DNA from: an uncultured delta proteobacterium
Lineage (GTDB): Bacteria; Desulfobacterota; Syntrophia; Syntrophales; UBA5619
NCBI GenBank assembly: GCA_963817385.1
Contig: CAWFOM010000031.1
Coordinates: 1 to 64,000 of the forward strand
Direction of reading: 5' to 3'
Length of the DNA stretch: 64,000 bases
The position numbers and the translations under genes are program-made. This document shows positions 20,926-31,670 of the stretch, piece by piece; positions within the stretch are counted from its first letter, which is position 1; each line of letters opens with the position of its first letter. The notes under the pieces are model-generated. The model did no database searches, was not told the origin of the DNA, and saw nothing but the letters and a program-made list of their open reading frames with translations.

Positions 20926-23367
20926 TCAGCAGTTCGAAGACAACAATCCAGGTGTTCAAATCGACAGCACTGTTGAAGCGCTGGCATCACTTGCCGAAGA
21001 AGCATCAGGGTAGTCTTCCGAAACGGTCAGATATATTATTACCGCCCGCAAACGACATGCCAGTGTGCGCGATACGCGAAACGATCACATGATTATCGAG
21101 GTGTGCAGAATTTTGGGATCCGTAAGCGCGCAGATGAGATAACCCGCTCAAATGATATTGCGATTGACCACGTAGCTGCCGCAAACCGGCGGACAGCACC
21201 TGGCTCATACAGGCCATCAGTGCCCTTAACAACCTCGGAATACCCGATCTAAAAGGAGGTTTTCTACTTGGCTTCGCAGTAAGGTGCCCTTTGGTGCCCG
21301 TGCACAATATGTTCGGATATGTCGCGCTGGAACATTTCTTTTTCTACTGGAAGATTTATCAGCTTTAAAGGAGTGCAAGCGATGTTGGGCAGGTTCGTCA
21401 GCTGCGCTTGACGAAGTATATGAGAGTTTAGCCATCCCCCTGATTCACCTTCATGCCGACGACCTTGTGGATCATGATGATTGTCAGGTTATGAAGTCAA
21501 AGAGATTTCGGATCCGACGGTGTTCCAATCACTGACCTTGTGCTGGAACTCATCAAAGCCCTTGCGCAACCAAACCGTGCTATTGCTGGTGCTGTTTTGG
21601 TTGGCATTCAGCTTTGATTAAGTATTCCGCTGGAGGGATTGTCACCATTTATCGCGAGGACTTCTACAGCAGCGAATGCGCCGAGCTTGCGGACAATGTT
21701 GATGATGGAGCATGGGATGGCAGGGTATTCCCCGATGATAACATTCGCTATAGCGGCAGGGCTCACTAGCACGTTCGGTTCTCCCTCTGCCGAAGACAGG
21801 TGGCGCGCAGCTTATAGTATCCGATGTTTCGCGAAATTCGGACGATGGGAGATAGTCGAATCTTTGATTCAAAATCTTAGCGCAACGGACGCTGGGCCAT
21901 ATCGGACCTCCCCCGAGCGTAAGTTTTACCTCCGTGCCGGGTTTTTCGTGTTCTTTGCGCTCGCAAGAATGGCCTTAGATTATCCTAAAGAGATCGCGTG
22001 CTTCCAAGACAGTCTCCTTTCGATTGTCGCCAACGAAACGGCCCCGCATGTGCTTATGCGCCATTTCGCAGCGCGGGCACTCTTGTCATGTATCGATGCT
22101 GGGGCACTCAAGTTGTCGTCACACATTGAAAAGCGTTTGCGGGTCGTCGACTGTTCACCCATCCCCGTCTAAAGAAAAAGATCAGGCACGGCGGCGACTT
22201 CTACCAAGGGAGACCAAGTTCCCTGCCTAAGCCGAAATTTGAATTTACCCTCGATTATGACTTTCAAGCAAGACGTGGACAATTTCAGCCATGTCTTCGG
22301 CAAGCGCATTCTGGGAAGTCACGACCATGATGTCCAAGGTCATCTCATCAGCTTCAGATCCAGGTGTTCCCAGCATCTATGACCGAGAAGCGGGAAACTG
22401 CCGTATAGCAGGCACTCGTCCCTTGGTGTCAGTGCGCGCTATCATACGTCAGGGAAATCCCTTGGTTGGCACGCGCTCTTCTTTGCTGCAGGCAAGCTTC
22501 TTATTGTCACAGACGATTGGTGGTACGAGGACGATCCCTGGGGGGTCTGGCTCAGCCGCTATATCCTCACACGGGATGATGGATTGTGGCTCTCGGACGG
22601 TACGGACAGGACACCACTTGATACGGCTGAAATCCTCCTTGAAAAGAGAAAGAAGGGTCTTGTAGTCACCGGCGACCCGGACAAATTTTACAGCTTGCGG
22701 GGCTCCCCTCGCGAGTAGCCAAGGAGCTTGTTGTTTATGGGCGTTGGTGCTCGGCCGACAATATAAGAGTTCGTATATTATCTGCACTTGTTCCTCCCGA
22801 AAAGGCAGCGCTGTTTGCTAGGAAGCTTACCCGTGAGAAACCAATGATTGTCTGGATTCCCATCTTCAATGAGAGTGAGGATAACCTTGAACATTCAAGT
22901 GGGAGCGAGAAGGAGTACGTTCCATGGATCGTCTGTCCTTCCGGTGGTGATCCACGACTTGAAGAACACGATCCGTACGCTAGCCTTGCGCTAATCTCAG
23001 GCCGCGCTTGGCGAATGATCAAATGCATTGTTTTTGCTTACCAGCGATGATCCGTTCCTCGCATTTGGCAGGACAAGCACGGCAGACCGGTCGTACGTGC
23101 GCAGGCATGGGGCCACGAAGACAGATACACTGAAGATGGGCCGCATTCAGGACTTGGCCTCATTTGCACTTCGATCTATACTTAAGAAGATACTTGTCAA
23201 AGACAATAGACCTGCTCCTGCTTATTAATCTTGAACGTTATGAGAAAGAGTCATATCGCGGGAGCGGGAAATGGACACATTCAATCGGTGTTGCCGATAT
23301 CACCAAGACGCTCAGCCTTGAATATTTCAAAGGACGTACTAATTACCTTCATAAATCCAACTACTAA
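20921..23367 (+). pseudogene. Fragmented C-terminal part of a large protein, possibly Avs3a/STAND ATPase-like
   Basis: Protein-like fragments in shifting frames: FGSPSAEDRWRAAYSIRCFAKFGRWEIV, ALARMALDYP, PHVLMRHFAARAL, EYVPWI, LLLLINLERYEKESY. No NTPase motif is visible. Confidence 0.45.
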
Positions 23368-23443
23368 GCAGATCGCGATTGTCATGAACCTGGTGACACC
23401 AACATTGAAAGTGCGAACTCAAACCATGAAGCCATCAGTTAAC

Positions 23444-24715
23444 TGAGATAGGTTGAAAATATGGACACCAATGTTTAGGTAAGAAACCAAGACGGAGGTG
23501 TGAAAATGGAAAAGGTACCGAACGGGCGTTACACGAAAGAGTTTCGAGAGGAAGCAGTAAGGATGGTGACGGTATGTAGGTTTGTCCGTGCTGGAGGTAT
23601 CAAGCCGTTTATCTTTGCCGAAATCGACATTGGAGCGCTGGAGAAGAGTTTCCAAGAAGGGGAATCTGGGTGCGGTTGGCAAAGGTCAACGCCCCCTGAC
23701 GGAGCTTGAAAGGGAATTGGCGCAAGTGAAACGAGAGCTGGCTCTGGCGAAGATGGAACGGATATCTTAAAAAAGCGGCCGCGTACTTTGCCAAGGAGTC
23801 GCTGTAAGGTACGCGGTGATCAAGGAGTTGCGACTGACCTATTATGTTTCGCTGCTGTGCCGTGTGTTGGAGGTGACAACAAGCGGGTACTATGCCTGGG
23901 TATGAGTTACCGCTTACCCCCCGTCAGCGGGAAGAGATAAGACTGGAATTGGAGATCCGTGCTGCTCATAAACGGACGCGCCAGACGTATGGTCCGGAGC
24001 GCTTACAGCGGGATTTGTCGGATAACGGAATCGTTGTGGGGGTACATAGGATCAAGCGGATTCGCCGGAAGCTCGGCCTGCGCTGCCGGCAAAAACGGAA
24101 GTTTAAGGTCACGACGGACTCGCGGCATTCTCTGCCCGTGGCGGAGAATCTGCTGGATCAGAAGTTTGAGGCATCCGCGCCGAACCAGATCTGGTTAAGC
24201 GATATCACTTACATTCCCACTGAAGAAGGCTGGCTGTATCTTGCCGGCCATAAGGATCTTTTTACCGGAGAAGTTGTCGGGTATGCCATGGCAGAGCGCA
24301 TGACGAAGAACCTGGTCAGCCAGTCCCTCTTGAGGGCCATGGCTGCCAAGCGACCCGCAGCCGGTTTGATTCACCACTCGGATCGGGGGAGTCAGTATTG
24401 CGCCCAGGAATATGCCTTGTTGCTTGATCGGTTCGGAATGAGGACGTCCATGAGCCGGAAAGGAAATTGGGAGCTACGACAACGCTCCTATGGAAGCTTC
24501 TCGGGTGTGCTCAAGAATGAACAGATCCGCCATTGCCGGTATGCAACCAGACAAGAGGCGATACAGGACATTACCGAGTACATCGAGATTTTCTATAACC
24601 GGCAAAAGGAACAGGCCGAGCTCGGTTCCGTCTCCCGTCGCTTTTGAACGATGGTTCTATGAAAAACGACTGGCCGCATGAAATGTTTGGTGTCCACTAT
24701 TGACGACCGACCTCA
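23444..24715 (+). mobile_element. IS3-family insertion sequence with frameshifted orfA/orfB
   Basis: IRs TGAG..TGGACACCAA and TTGGTGTCCA..CTCA, 3-bp AAC target duplication (23441-43, 24716-18). orfA RYTKEFREEAVRMV, A6G site at 23769-75, orfB WLSDITY, HHSDRGSQY, IEIFYNRQ. Confidence 0.93.
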
Positions 24716-24935
24716 AACCATTACTATTTCAAGGCTCACGTATTATCAAAAGAAAGCTTCTACAAAAGTGCTTTCAAATAAGATCACTACTTCAATAAAT
24801 AACCGATACGCCCTGGATAAACTCAAGGGCATGGTTTTGCAGATATCGTCACCAGATTGCCCCGGTACCTGCCGCAGTCGCCGCAGCAAGCTCATTCATC
24901 TTTCTGCCATCACGGATGCGCAAGAGGGAGGAACG

Positions 24936-26488
24936 TTACTTGAACTTAACCGGGTCGATCGCCGTACTTGGCGACGCGCAGGCCCATCATCCGCTCGGTG
25001 ATGCCCAGCGCGCGCGCCGCCCTGGCCATGTTGCCCCGGGAGCGCCGCAATTCGGCGATGATGATCTCCTTTTCCATGCCGGCCATCGTCCCCTTGAACG
25101 TTACCGGGAGATCGTGCGCGGCGGAAGCAACCGTCTGCAGGTTCGGCGGAAGGTGGTGGCTCCGGATATTTCCGTCGCCGCACAGGATGACCGCCCGCTC
25201 GATGCAGTTCTCCAGCTCCCGCACGTTCCCCGGCCAGTGATAGTTCATCAGCTTGTCGGTCGCGGAGGTCGATATGCTCTCGATCTTTTTCCCCTGTTCC
25301 CGGGCGTATCTTTGCACGAAGTGGTCGGCCAGGAGCATGATGTCCGTCCGGCGTTCGCGCAGCGGCGGGACGATGATGGGAAAGACGTTCAGCCGGTAGT
25401 AGAGGTCCTCCCGGAATGTTCCCTCCCTGATGGCTTTCGCCAGATCGCCTGTTGGTCGCGGCGATGATCCGTACATCGGACTTGAGCGTTGTGTTGCCCC
25501 CGATCCGTTCAAACTCCTTCTCCTGGATGATGCGCAGCAATTTTGTCTGAACGGCGGGCGGGAGCTCGCCGATCTCGTCGAGGAAGATCGTCCCCCGGTC
25601 GGCGAGCTCGAACCGCCCCTTCCGGGCCATCGTCGCGCCCGTGAAGGCCCCCTTTTCGTGACCGAAAAGCTCGCTTTCGATCAGGGATTCGGGAAGGGCC
25701 GCGCAATTGACCGTTACAAAGGGCTTGTCGGCGCGCGCCGAGCCGTAATGGATGGCGTGGGCGACCCGTTCCTTCCCCACGCCGCTTTCCCCGAGGATGA
25801 GAACGGTCGTATTCGCCCTGGCGACCGTCTCGATGAGCTCGTAGAGGCCGCTCATGATCTTCGAGTTGCCGACGATGGCCTTGGGGCGGTACCGGTCCTT
25901 CAATTGATTCTGGAGGCGCTCGTTCTCCCGCAGCACCTTTTCCATCTCCTCCTGGGCGAGCTGGCGCAGGCGGAGCGCCTGGGAGATGGTCGAGGCGATG
26001 ATCGTCAGGAGGCGCATGTCGGCATCCAGGGCGCTTGCCTCCCGCGATGAGCGGTCGGCGGAAAGGGCGCCGATGGTCTCGCTGCCGATCTTGACGGGGA
26101 CGCAGATGAAGGCGATGTCGCTCTTGTCGAGATGCTCCCGCGCACCGGTCCGGTCGAGGAAGAGCGGCTCCTCGGAGATCCTCGGAACCGCGATCGCTTT
26201 CCCAGTGTCGATCACCGTGCCCGTGATCCCCTCGCCGAGGTGATATCTCCCTTTTGCCTGTTCCTCCGGTCTCAGGCCGTAGGCCTCTTCGATGACGATT
26301 TCGCCCCGGTTCCGGTTCAGGATGGTGAGTGTGCCGCGAGGGATCTCCATGTGCTCGGCGGTCATCCGCAGGATCGGCTTCAATGCCGCTTTCAGGTCAA
26401 GGGTGTCGCTGAGCTTGATGCTGATATCGAAGAGTAGCGAGAGTTCCGTGAGCCCCTGAGATTTTATGCAATCGGACAAATTTTTCAT
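24936..26488 (-). CDS. GAF-domain sigma54-dependent transcriptional activator (NifA-like), frameshifts near 25448 and 24960
   Basis: GAF ([17 protein letters not shown]), [52 protein letters not shown]-terminal HTH. Confidence 0.92.
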
Positions 26489-26676
26489 ATGTGGCCGGTA
26501 ATCGGGTCAATACCGGATGACTCCCGACGGAGGTATGACCGGTTTTTCCTTTGAACCATGCCGGGCGAAAGGAAAGGGCGATTCCCCATCCGTGACCGTG
26601 GAAAATCGCCCGCCTCTTCCCTCTTTTGCCCGAACACTCCCGCCATCCAAAGCAGGGGCGGGCGGCAGCCGATAGT

Positions 26677-26904
26677 TCACGCTCCTTGTCCCTTCATTCC
26701 CTCATTCGTTTTGCGAAACCGCTCGAGATCGATCCCGTATTTTCGCACGCGGTATGAGAGAATCCGTTTGGTCGTTCCCAGCCGCATCGCCGCCTTGGCC
26801 TGGTTCCCGCCGGTTTCCTCCAGGGCGGAAACGATGATGCGTCTTTCAAATTGGGCAATCGAGTTCCTGAAAAGATCGTCGTATGCTGATTCGTTCTCTT
26901 TCAT
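26677..26904 (-). CDS. Stand-alone Fis-type HTH protein
   Basis: FERRIIVSALEETGGNQAKAAMRLGTTKRILSYRVRKYGID. GGAG upstream of ATG. Confidence 0.75.
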   Translation of the reverse strand: MKENESAYDDLFRNSIAQFERRIIVSALEETGGNQAKAAMRLGTTKRILSYRVRKYGIDLERFRKTNEGMKGQGA

Positions 26905-26952
26905 GACATCATCTCCGGAATGCGGAAGGGGCATCGAGGTGGGTGGCGCCCG

Positions 26953-27300
26953 TCAGCCGATGGCCTTCCCGCCCCGTTCGCCGGAGCTGATCCGGACGCA
27001 GTCGACCAGATCCAGGACGAAGATCTTCCCGTCGCCGACCTTGCCGTCGCCGGTCCGGGCGGCCTTGTTGATGGCGGCGATCGTCGGCTCGACGAACTCC
27101 TCGTTTACGGCGATGTCGAGTCGGACCTTCCTCAGGAGCCCGCCCACCTCCTTCGCCCCGCGGTAGATCTCGGTGTACCCCTTCTGCCTTCCCTGCCCGA
27201 GGACGTTGGAGACGGTCATCAGATTCACGTCCACCGCTTCGAGCGCCTGTTTGACCTCCTCCAGCTTGTGCGGCTGGATGATTGCAACGATGTATTTCAT
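26953..27300 (-). CDS. glnK: P-II nitrogen regulatory protein
   Basis: AIIQPHKLEEVKQAL, GRQKG..YRG, ARTG..GDGKIFV. Directly downstream of amtB. Confidence 0.95.
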   Translation of the reverse strand: MKYIVAIIQPHKLEEVKQALEAVDVNLMTVSNVLGQGRQKGYTEIYRGAKEVGGLLRKVRLDIAVNEEFVEPTIAAINKAARTGDGKVGDGKIFVLDLVDCVRISSGERGGKAIG

Positions 27301-27311
27301 GGCATTTCCTC

Positions 27312-28547
27312 CTATTCTACGACCGTGTAGGCCGATTCACTCTGTTGGGTCAGGTCGAGGCCGACGATCTCGTCCTGCTTTTCCACCCGCATTCCGACGA
27401 GGGCGTCCACGGCCTTGAAGATGATCCAGGTCATCGCCGCGGCGAACAGCGGGACGATGATGATGAGCATGAGCTGGACCAGGAAGAGTTTGGCGTTTCC
27501 GAAGAAGAGTCCGTCGGCTCCCGCAGCGTTGACCGCCTTCTCCGCGAAGAGCCCGGTCGCCAGGGTTCCCCAGGCGCCGCCCACCCCGTGGACACCGAAG
27601 GCGTCGAGGGAGTCGTCGTAGCCAAGCCATGATTTGAGCATGACCACGGCAATGTAGCAGAACAGGGCGACCAGGATGCCGATGAAGATGGCGTTCATGG
27701 GGTTGACGAATCCGCAGGCCGGGGTGATGGCGACGAGCCCCGCGACGGCGCCCGTCGCCGCGCCGAGGATAGTCGGCGCCCCATGGTGCCACCATTCGAT
27801 GAGCGCCCACGTGAATCCCGCGGCCGCGGCAGCGATATGGGTCGTGACGAAGGCGTTGGCGGCCAGTTCATTCGCCCCCAGGGCGCTCCCCGCGTTGAAG
27901 CCGAACCAGCCGAACCAGAGGAGCGCCGCGCCGAGGACCGTGAAGGGGAGGTTGTGCGGCCGGAAGGGTTGCTGTTCGTAGCCGCACCTTTTCCCCAGGA
28001 GGAGCGCCAGGGTCAACGCCGAGACGCCCGAGCTGACATGGACGACGATCCCGCCGGCGAAATCGAGCGCCCCGAGGTTTCGGAGCCAGCCCCCGGTTCC
28101 CCAGACCCAGTGCGCCAGGGGATCGTAGACCAAAGTCGCCCAGAGGACGGTGAAGATGAGAAAGGCCGAAAATCTCATCCGCTCCGCGAAGGCGCCGATG
28201 ATGAGCGCCGGGGTGATGATGGCGAACATCGCCTGGAAGATCATGAAGAGCTGATGCGGGATCGTCGCCGCGTAGTCGGCGTTCGGCTGGCCGCCGACGA
28301 AGTTCAGCCCCGCCCACTTCAGACTGCCGATGATCCCGAGCCCCGTATCCGGCCCGAAGGCCAGCGAATAGCCGAACAGGACCCACTGCAGGCTGATGAC
28401 GCAGGTGATGATGAAACACTGCATCAGGATGGAAAGGACATTCTTCCTCCGTACCAGGCCGCCGTAGAAAAAGGCGAGTCCGGGGATCGTCATGCCCAGA
28501 ACCAGGGCCGATGAGATCAATACCCAGGCCGTATCTCCCGTGTTCAT
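27312..28547 (-). CDS. amtB: Ammonium transporter
   Basis: MNTGDTAWVL, FQAMFAIITPAL, LDFAGGIVVH, WFGWFGFNAGS, DDSLDAFGVHG. Confidence 0.97.
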   Translation of the reverse strand: MNTGDTAWVLISSALVLGMTIPGLAFFYGGLVRRKNVLSILMQCFIITCVISLQWVLFGYSLAFGPDTGLGIIGSLKWAGLNFVGGQPNADYAATIPHQLFMIFQAMFAIITPALIIGAFAERMRFSAFLIFTVLWATLVYDPLAHWVWGTGGWLRNLGALDFAGGIVVHVSSGVSALTLALLLGKRCGYEQQPFRPHNLPFTVLGAALLWFGWFGFNAGSALGANELAANAFVTTHIAAAAAGFTWALIEWWHHGAPTILGAATGAVAGLVAITPACGFVNPMNAIFIGILVALFCYIAVVMLKSWLGYDDSLDAFGVHGVGGAWGTLATGLFAEKAVNAAGADGLFFGNAKLFLVQLMLIIIVPLFAAAMTWIIFKAVDALVGMRVEKQDEIVGLDLTQQSESAYTVVE

Positions 28548-28656
28548 GATGGTGTACCTCCGTAAAATGATTTTGGGCAGTATCTCTGCCGGAACAGCCC
28601 ACCCTCGGATATTCAGAAGGCCGTCGTCCGACGATGCGCCCGTTTGTGCATAGTAG

Positions 28657-28673
28657 AGCAAGGAGGGTGCCAA
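28657..28673 (-). promoter_or_regulatory. Sigma54 (-24/-12) promoter of amtB
   Basis: Minus strand reads TTGGCACCCTCCTTGCT, matching TGGCAC-N5-TTGC, about 110 nt upstream of the amtB ATG. Confidence 0.85.
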
Positions 28674-29011
28674 TGGAGTAAAGGTTGTTTAAGATGTTGA
28701 ATAAATTTGGATATTAATTGTTACCGCCCATGGAGGGTAATGGATACTTGTGGAACAAATCTGTATCGTGTGGAGAATGGTCCGACAAATTTGAATCCGC
28801 CGGCGAGCCTAATCCCCGCGGCGAGGACAGGTCGGGGTGTCAAAAAAATCAGTGAGCGAAGGGCGGGTGAGTATCCGATGCCGGCCGCAATGGGGAAGGA
28901 ACCCTCAAACGGCCGGTCGTGAGGCCGTCGGGGAGGGTGAAGCGGATGGCTTGAAATCGATCCGGTAGTATGGTACAGGTAAACACGGATTAAATAAGGA
29001 TTGTGTGAATC

Positions 29012-30241
29012 ATGCCGGTTTACGAATACATAGCGCTTGATTCCGGCGGCCGCAGACAGAAAGGGATCGTCGATGCCGGGAGCATCGCCGCCGCGCGTCA
29101 GAAGCTCCGGGAGACGGAGGTCTTCCCCGTGGAAATCGCCGAGACCGCCGATCGGAAGCGGAAGGAAACTGCCGAACGGAGCGGGGCGATCCATCTCTTC
29201 AGGAAGGTCGGACTCCAGGAACTGGCCGTGATGACGAGGCAACTGGCCACCCTCATCGGGGCGGGGCTGCCGCTGGTCCCCTCGCTCGCGGCGCTGGTCG
29301 CCCAGATCAGGCATCCGGCGCTCAAAACAACGCTTGCCCGAATCAAGGACGAGGTCAATGAGGGGAACAGCCTGACCCAGAGCATGTCCCATTTCCCGGA
29401 GGTCTTTCCCCCTTTTTACATCAATATGGTCCGCGCCGGGGAGGCCTCGGGAACGATCGATCTTGTCCTCGATCGTCTGGCCGATTTCAATGAAAGCCAG
29501 CAGGCCCTGCGTTCCAAGATCCGCTCGGCGCTGGCCTATCCGCTCTTCATGTTCTTCATCGGGAGCGGCGTTCTCTTTTTTCTGATTTCCTTCGTCGTGC
29601 CGAACATCACGAACATATTTAAGGAGATGCACCAGACTCTCCCGGGGATAACCGTATTTCTTCTCGTCGTGAGCGGCTTTTTCAAGACCTTCTGGTGGAT
29701 CATCTTGACGATCCTCGTCGCGTCGTTCGTCGGCCTGCGGTATGCCATCCGGAATACCGAGCAGGGCCGGCGCCGGTGGGACCGGTTCAAGATAACCGCC
29801 CCGCTCTTCGGTCCCCTGAACAGGAAGATCGCCGTGGCGCGATTCAGCCGCACCCTCGGCACCCTCCTGCAGAGCGGCGTTCCCCTCCTTGCCGCCCTGG
29901 AGATCGCAAAGAACGTGGTGAACAACCTGATCGTCGCCGAGCAGATCCGCCTGGCGGCCAAAGACGTCGAGGAAGGGCAGAGCCTTTCCGCTCCCCTCGC
30001 CCGGAACGATTTCTTCCCCCCCATCGCCGTGGAGATGATCGCCGTGGGGGAACAGAGCGGTAATATGGAGGCGATGCTCGTTCGGATCGCCGACGCCTAC
30101 GAAAAAGAAGTGGAAGCGAACATCCTCCTGGTGACCTCTCTCCTGGAGCCGGCGATGATCCTCGTGATGGGAATCGTGGTCGGTTTCATCGTCATCTCGG
30201 TTTTGCTTCCCATCTTCGAAATGAACCAACTCATCCGATGA
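29012..30241 (+). CDS. gspF: T2SS inner membrane platform protein F
   Basis: TRQLATLIGAGLPL, NMVRAGEASG, ALAYP, LGTLLQSGVPL, VGEQSG, LLEP. Confidence 0.95.
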   Translation: MPVYEYIALDSGGRRQKGIVDAGSIAAARQKLRETEVFPVEIAETADRKRKETAERSGAIHLFRKVGLQELAVMTRQLATLIGAGLPLVPSLAALVAQIRHPALKTTLARIKDEVNEGNSLTQSMSHFPEVFPPFYINMVRAGEASGTIDLVLDRLADFNESQQALRSKIRSALAYPLFMFFIGSGVLFFLISFVVPNITNIFKEMHQTLPGITVFLLVVSGFFKTFWWIILTILVASFVGLRYAIRNTEQGRRRWDRFKITAPLFGPLNRKIAVARFSRTLGTLLQSGVPLLAALEIAKNVVNNLIVAEQIRLAAKDVEEGQSLSAPLARNDFFPPIAVEMIAVGEQSGNMEAMLVRIADAYEKEVEANILLVTSLLEPAMILVMGIVVGFIVISVLLPIFEMNQLIR

Positions 30242-30290
30242 GACGGACGAGTAATAGGGAGAACAGCCTCCCTGTTTCAAGGAGAACTGC

Positions 30291-30735
30291 ATGAGAAAAA
30301 TACAACGTACCGAGCGGGGGTTCACGCTGATAGAACTGATGGTGGTCATCGTCATCCTCGGCATCCTTGCGGGGCTCATCGTCCCGCGGATCATGGGGCG
30401 GCCGGACGAGGCGCGCCGTGCGAAGGCGCGGATACAACTGGAGAGTCTCGAAACGGCCCTGAAGCTCTACCGGCTGGACAACGGCAACTATCCGACGACG
30501 GAACAGGGGCTCCAGGCCCTGGTGGAGGCTTCCCACCGTGGGCGCGCAGGCGAAAAACTGGCGCCAGGGCGGCTACCTTGAGAAGGGCAAGGTGCCCAAA
30601 GATCCCTGGGACAACGACTTCGACTATATCTCTCCCGGCGCGCACGGAGATTTCGATCTTTCCTCACGCGGCGCCGACGGCGAACCGGGCGGCGAGGGAA
30701 AGAACAAGGATATCAACAGCTGGGATAGTGAATAA
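30291..30735 (+). CDS. gspG: T2SS major pseudopilin G, frameshifted near 30530
   Basis: [40 protein letters not shown], then the shifted frame gives [26 protein letters not shown]. Confidence 0.93.
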
Positions 30736-31249
30736 CCGGGGTTATACGCTGATTGAACTGTCCGTGGTGGTGCTGCTGATCGGGATGATGCTCCTGATTG
30801 CCGTTCCCCGCGTCCAAGACACCCTGCTCAACGACGACCTCAAAGTCGTGACGCGTCGCCTTATCAACTCCGCCCGCGAACTGCGATACGAATCGGTCCG
30901 GGAACAGACGGACTATATCCTCCACATCGACCTGAACAATCCGGCCTTCTGGAGCTATCCGGCAGATACGACGGCCGAGAAGCGCGCGGAACTCCGGGAG
31001 GAGGCATACCATCTTCCGGAGGGAATCCGGATCGTGGACGTAAGGCAGGCGGATGAGGCGAGAAGGACGGAGGGAGAGGTGCTCATCCGCTTCTTCCGGA
31101 GGGGTTACGTGGAGCCCACCATTGTTCACTTGGCCAAGGACGACCGGTCCTTTACGGTGGTCTTCAACCCGTTTCTCCAGGCAATGACCGTGTATGAGGA
31201 ATATGTCGATTTTTCTTTCAATGAGGAAGAGCGTGCCGCCGGCCTCTGA
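30728..31249 (+). CDS. gspH: T2SS minor pseudopilin H
   Basis: GTG start, RGYTLIELSVV prepilin motif, position after gspG. Confidence 0.8.
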   Translation: MNNRGYTLIELSVVVLLIGMMLLIAVPRVQDTLLNDDLKVVTRRLINSARELRYESVREQTDYILHIDLNNPAFWSYPADTTAEKRAELREEAYHLPEGIRIVDVRQADEARRTEGEVLIRFFRRGYVEPTIVHLAKDDRSFTVVFNPFLQAMTVYEEYVDFSFNEEERAAGL

Positions 31250-31670
31250 TCCCTCCCCGTTGAGTCGGCCGGCATCCCGCTTTCGCCTGCCGCGAAGGGC
31301 CAACGCCCGTCGCGGGGGCTTCACACTGCTGGAAGTCATGATCGCGATGACGATCCTGGCCATCACGCTCGTTACGGTCTACCAGTCGCAGTCTCAAAGC
31401 GTCTCGATGGCGTCGAGCTCCCGTTTTCTCACCACCGCGTCACTTCTGGCCCAGGCGCGGATGGCCGAGATCGATGCGGCGGACCCCCGCGGGTTGGTCT
31501 CCGCGAACGGGGATTTCGGCGAAGAGTTTCCCGACTACGCCTGGCAGGTGGAAGTCGGGGAGGTGAAGGAGATACCGCTCCTCAAGAGGATTGCCCTTAC
31601 GGTGACGAATGGCCGGATGACGACGCGCAACGCCTATCAGCTTATCCTCTACAAGGCGGTCCTGCCATGA
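31233..31670 (+). CDS. gspI: T2SS minor pseudopilin I (start uncertain)
   Basis: GGFTLLEVMIAMTILAI, ASLLAQARMAE, GDFGEEFPDYAW. Confidence 0.82.
   Translation: MPPASDPSPLSRPASRFRLPRRANARRGGFTLLEVMIAMTILAITLVTVYQSQSQSVSMASSSRFLTTASLLAQARMAEIDAADPRGLVSANGDFGEEFPDYAWQVEVGEVKEIPLLKRIALTVTNGRMTTRNAYQLILYKAVLP

Noticed and set aside
24936..26488. True nifA / nitrogen fixation
   Set aside because: The architecture is NifA-like, but no nif genes or TGT-N10-ACA sites were seen.
26560..26635. Hairpin upstream of the NifA-like gene as an attenuator
   Set aside because: The stem is imperfect with no clear U-tract or known motif, so support is insufficient.
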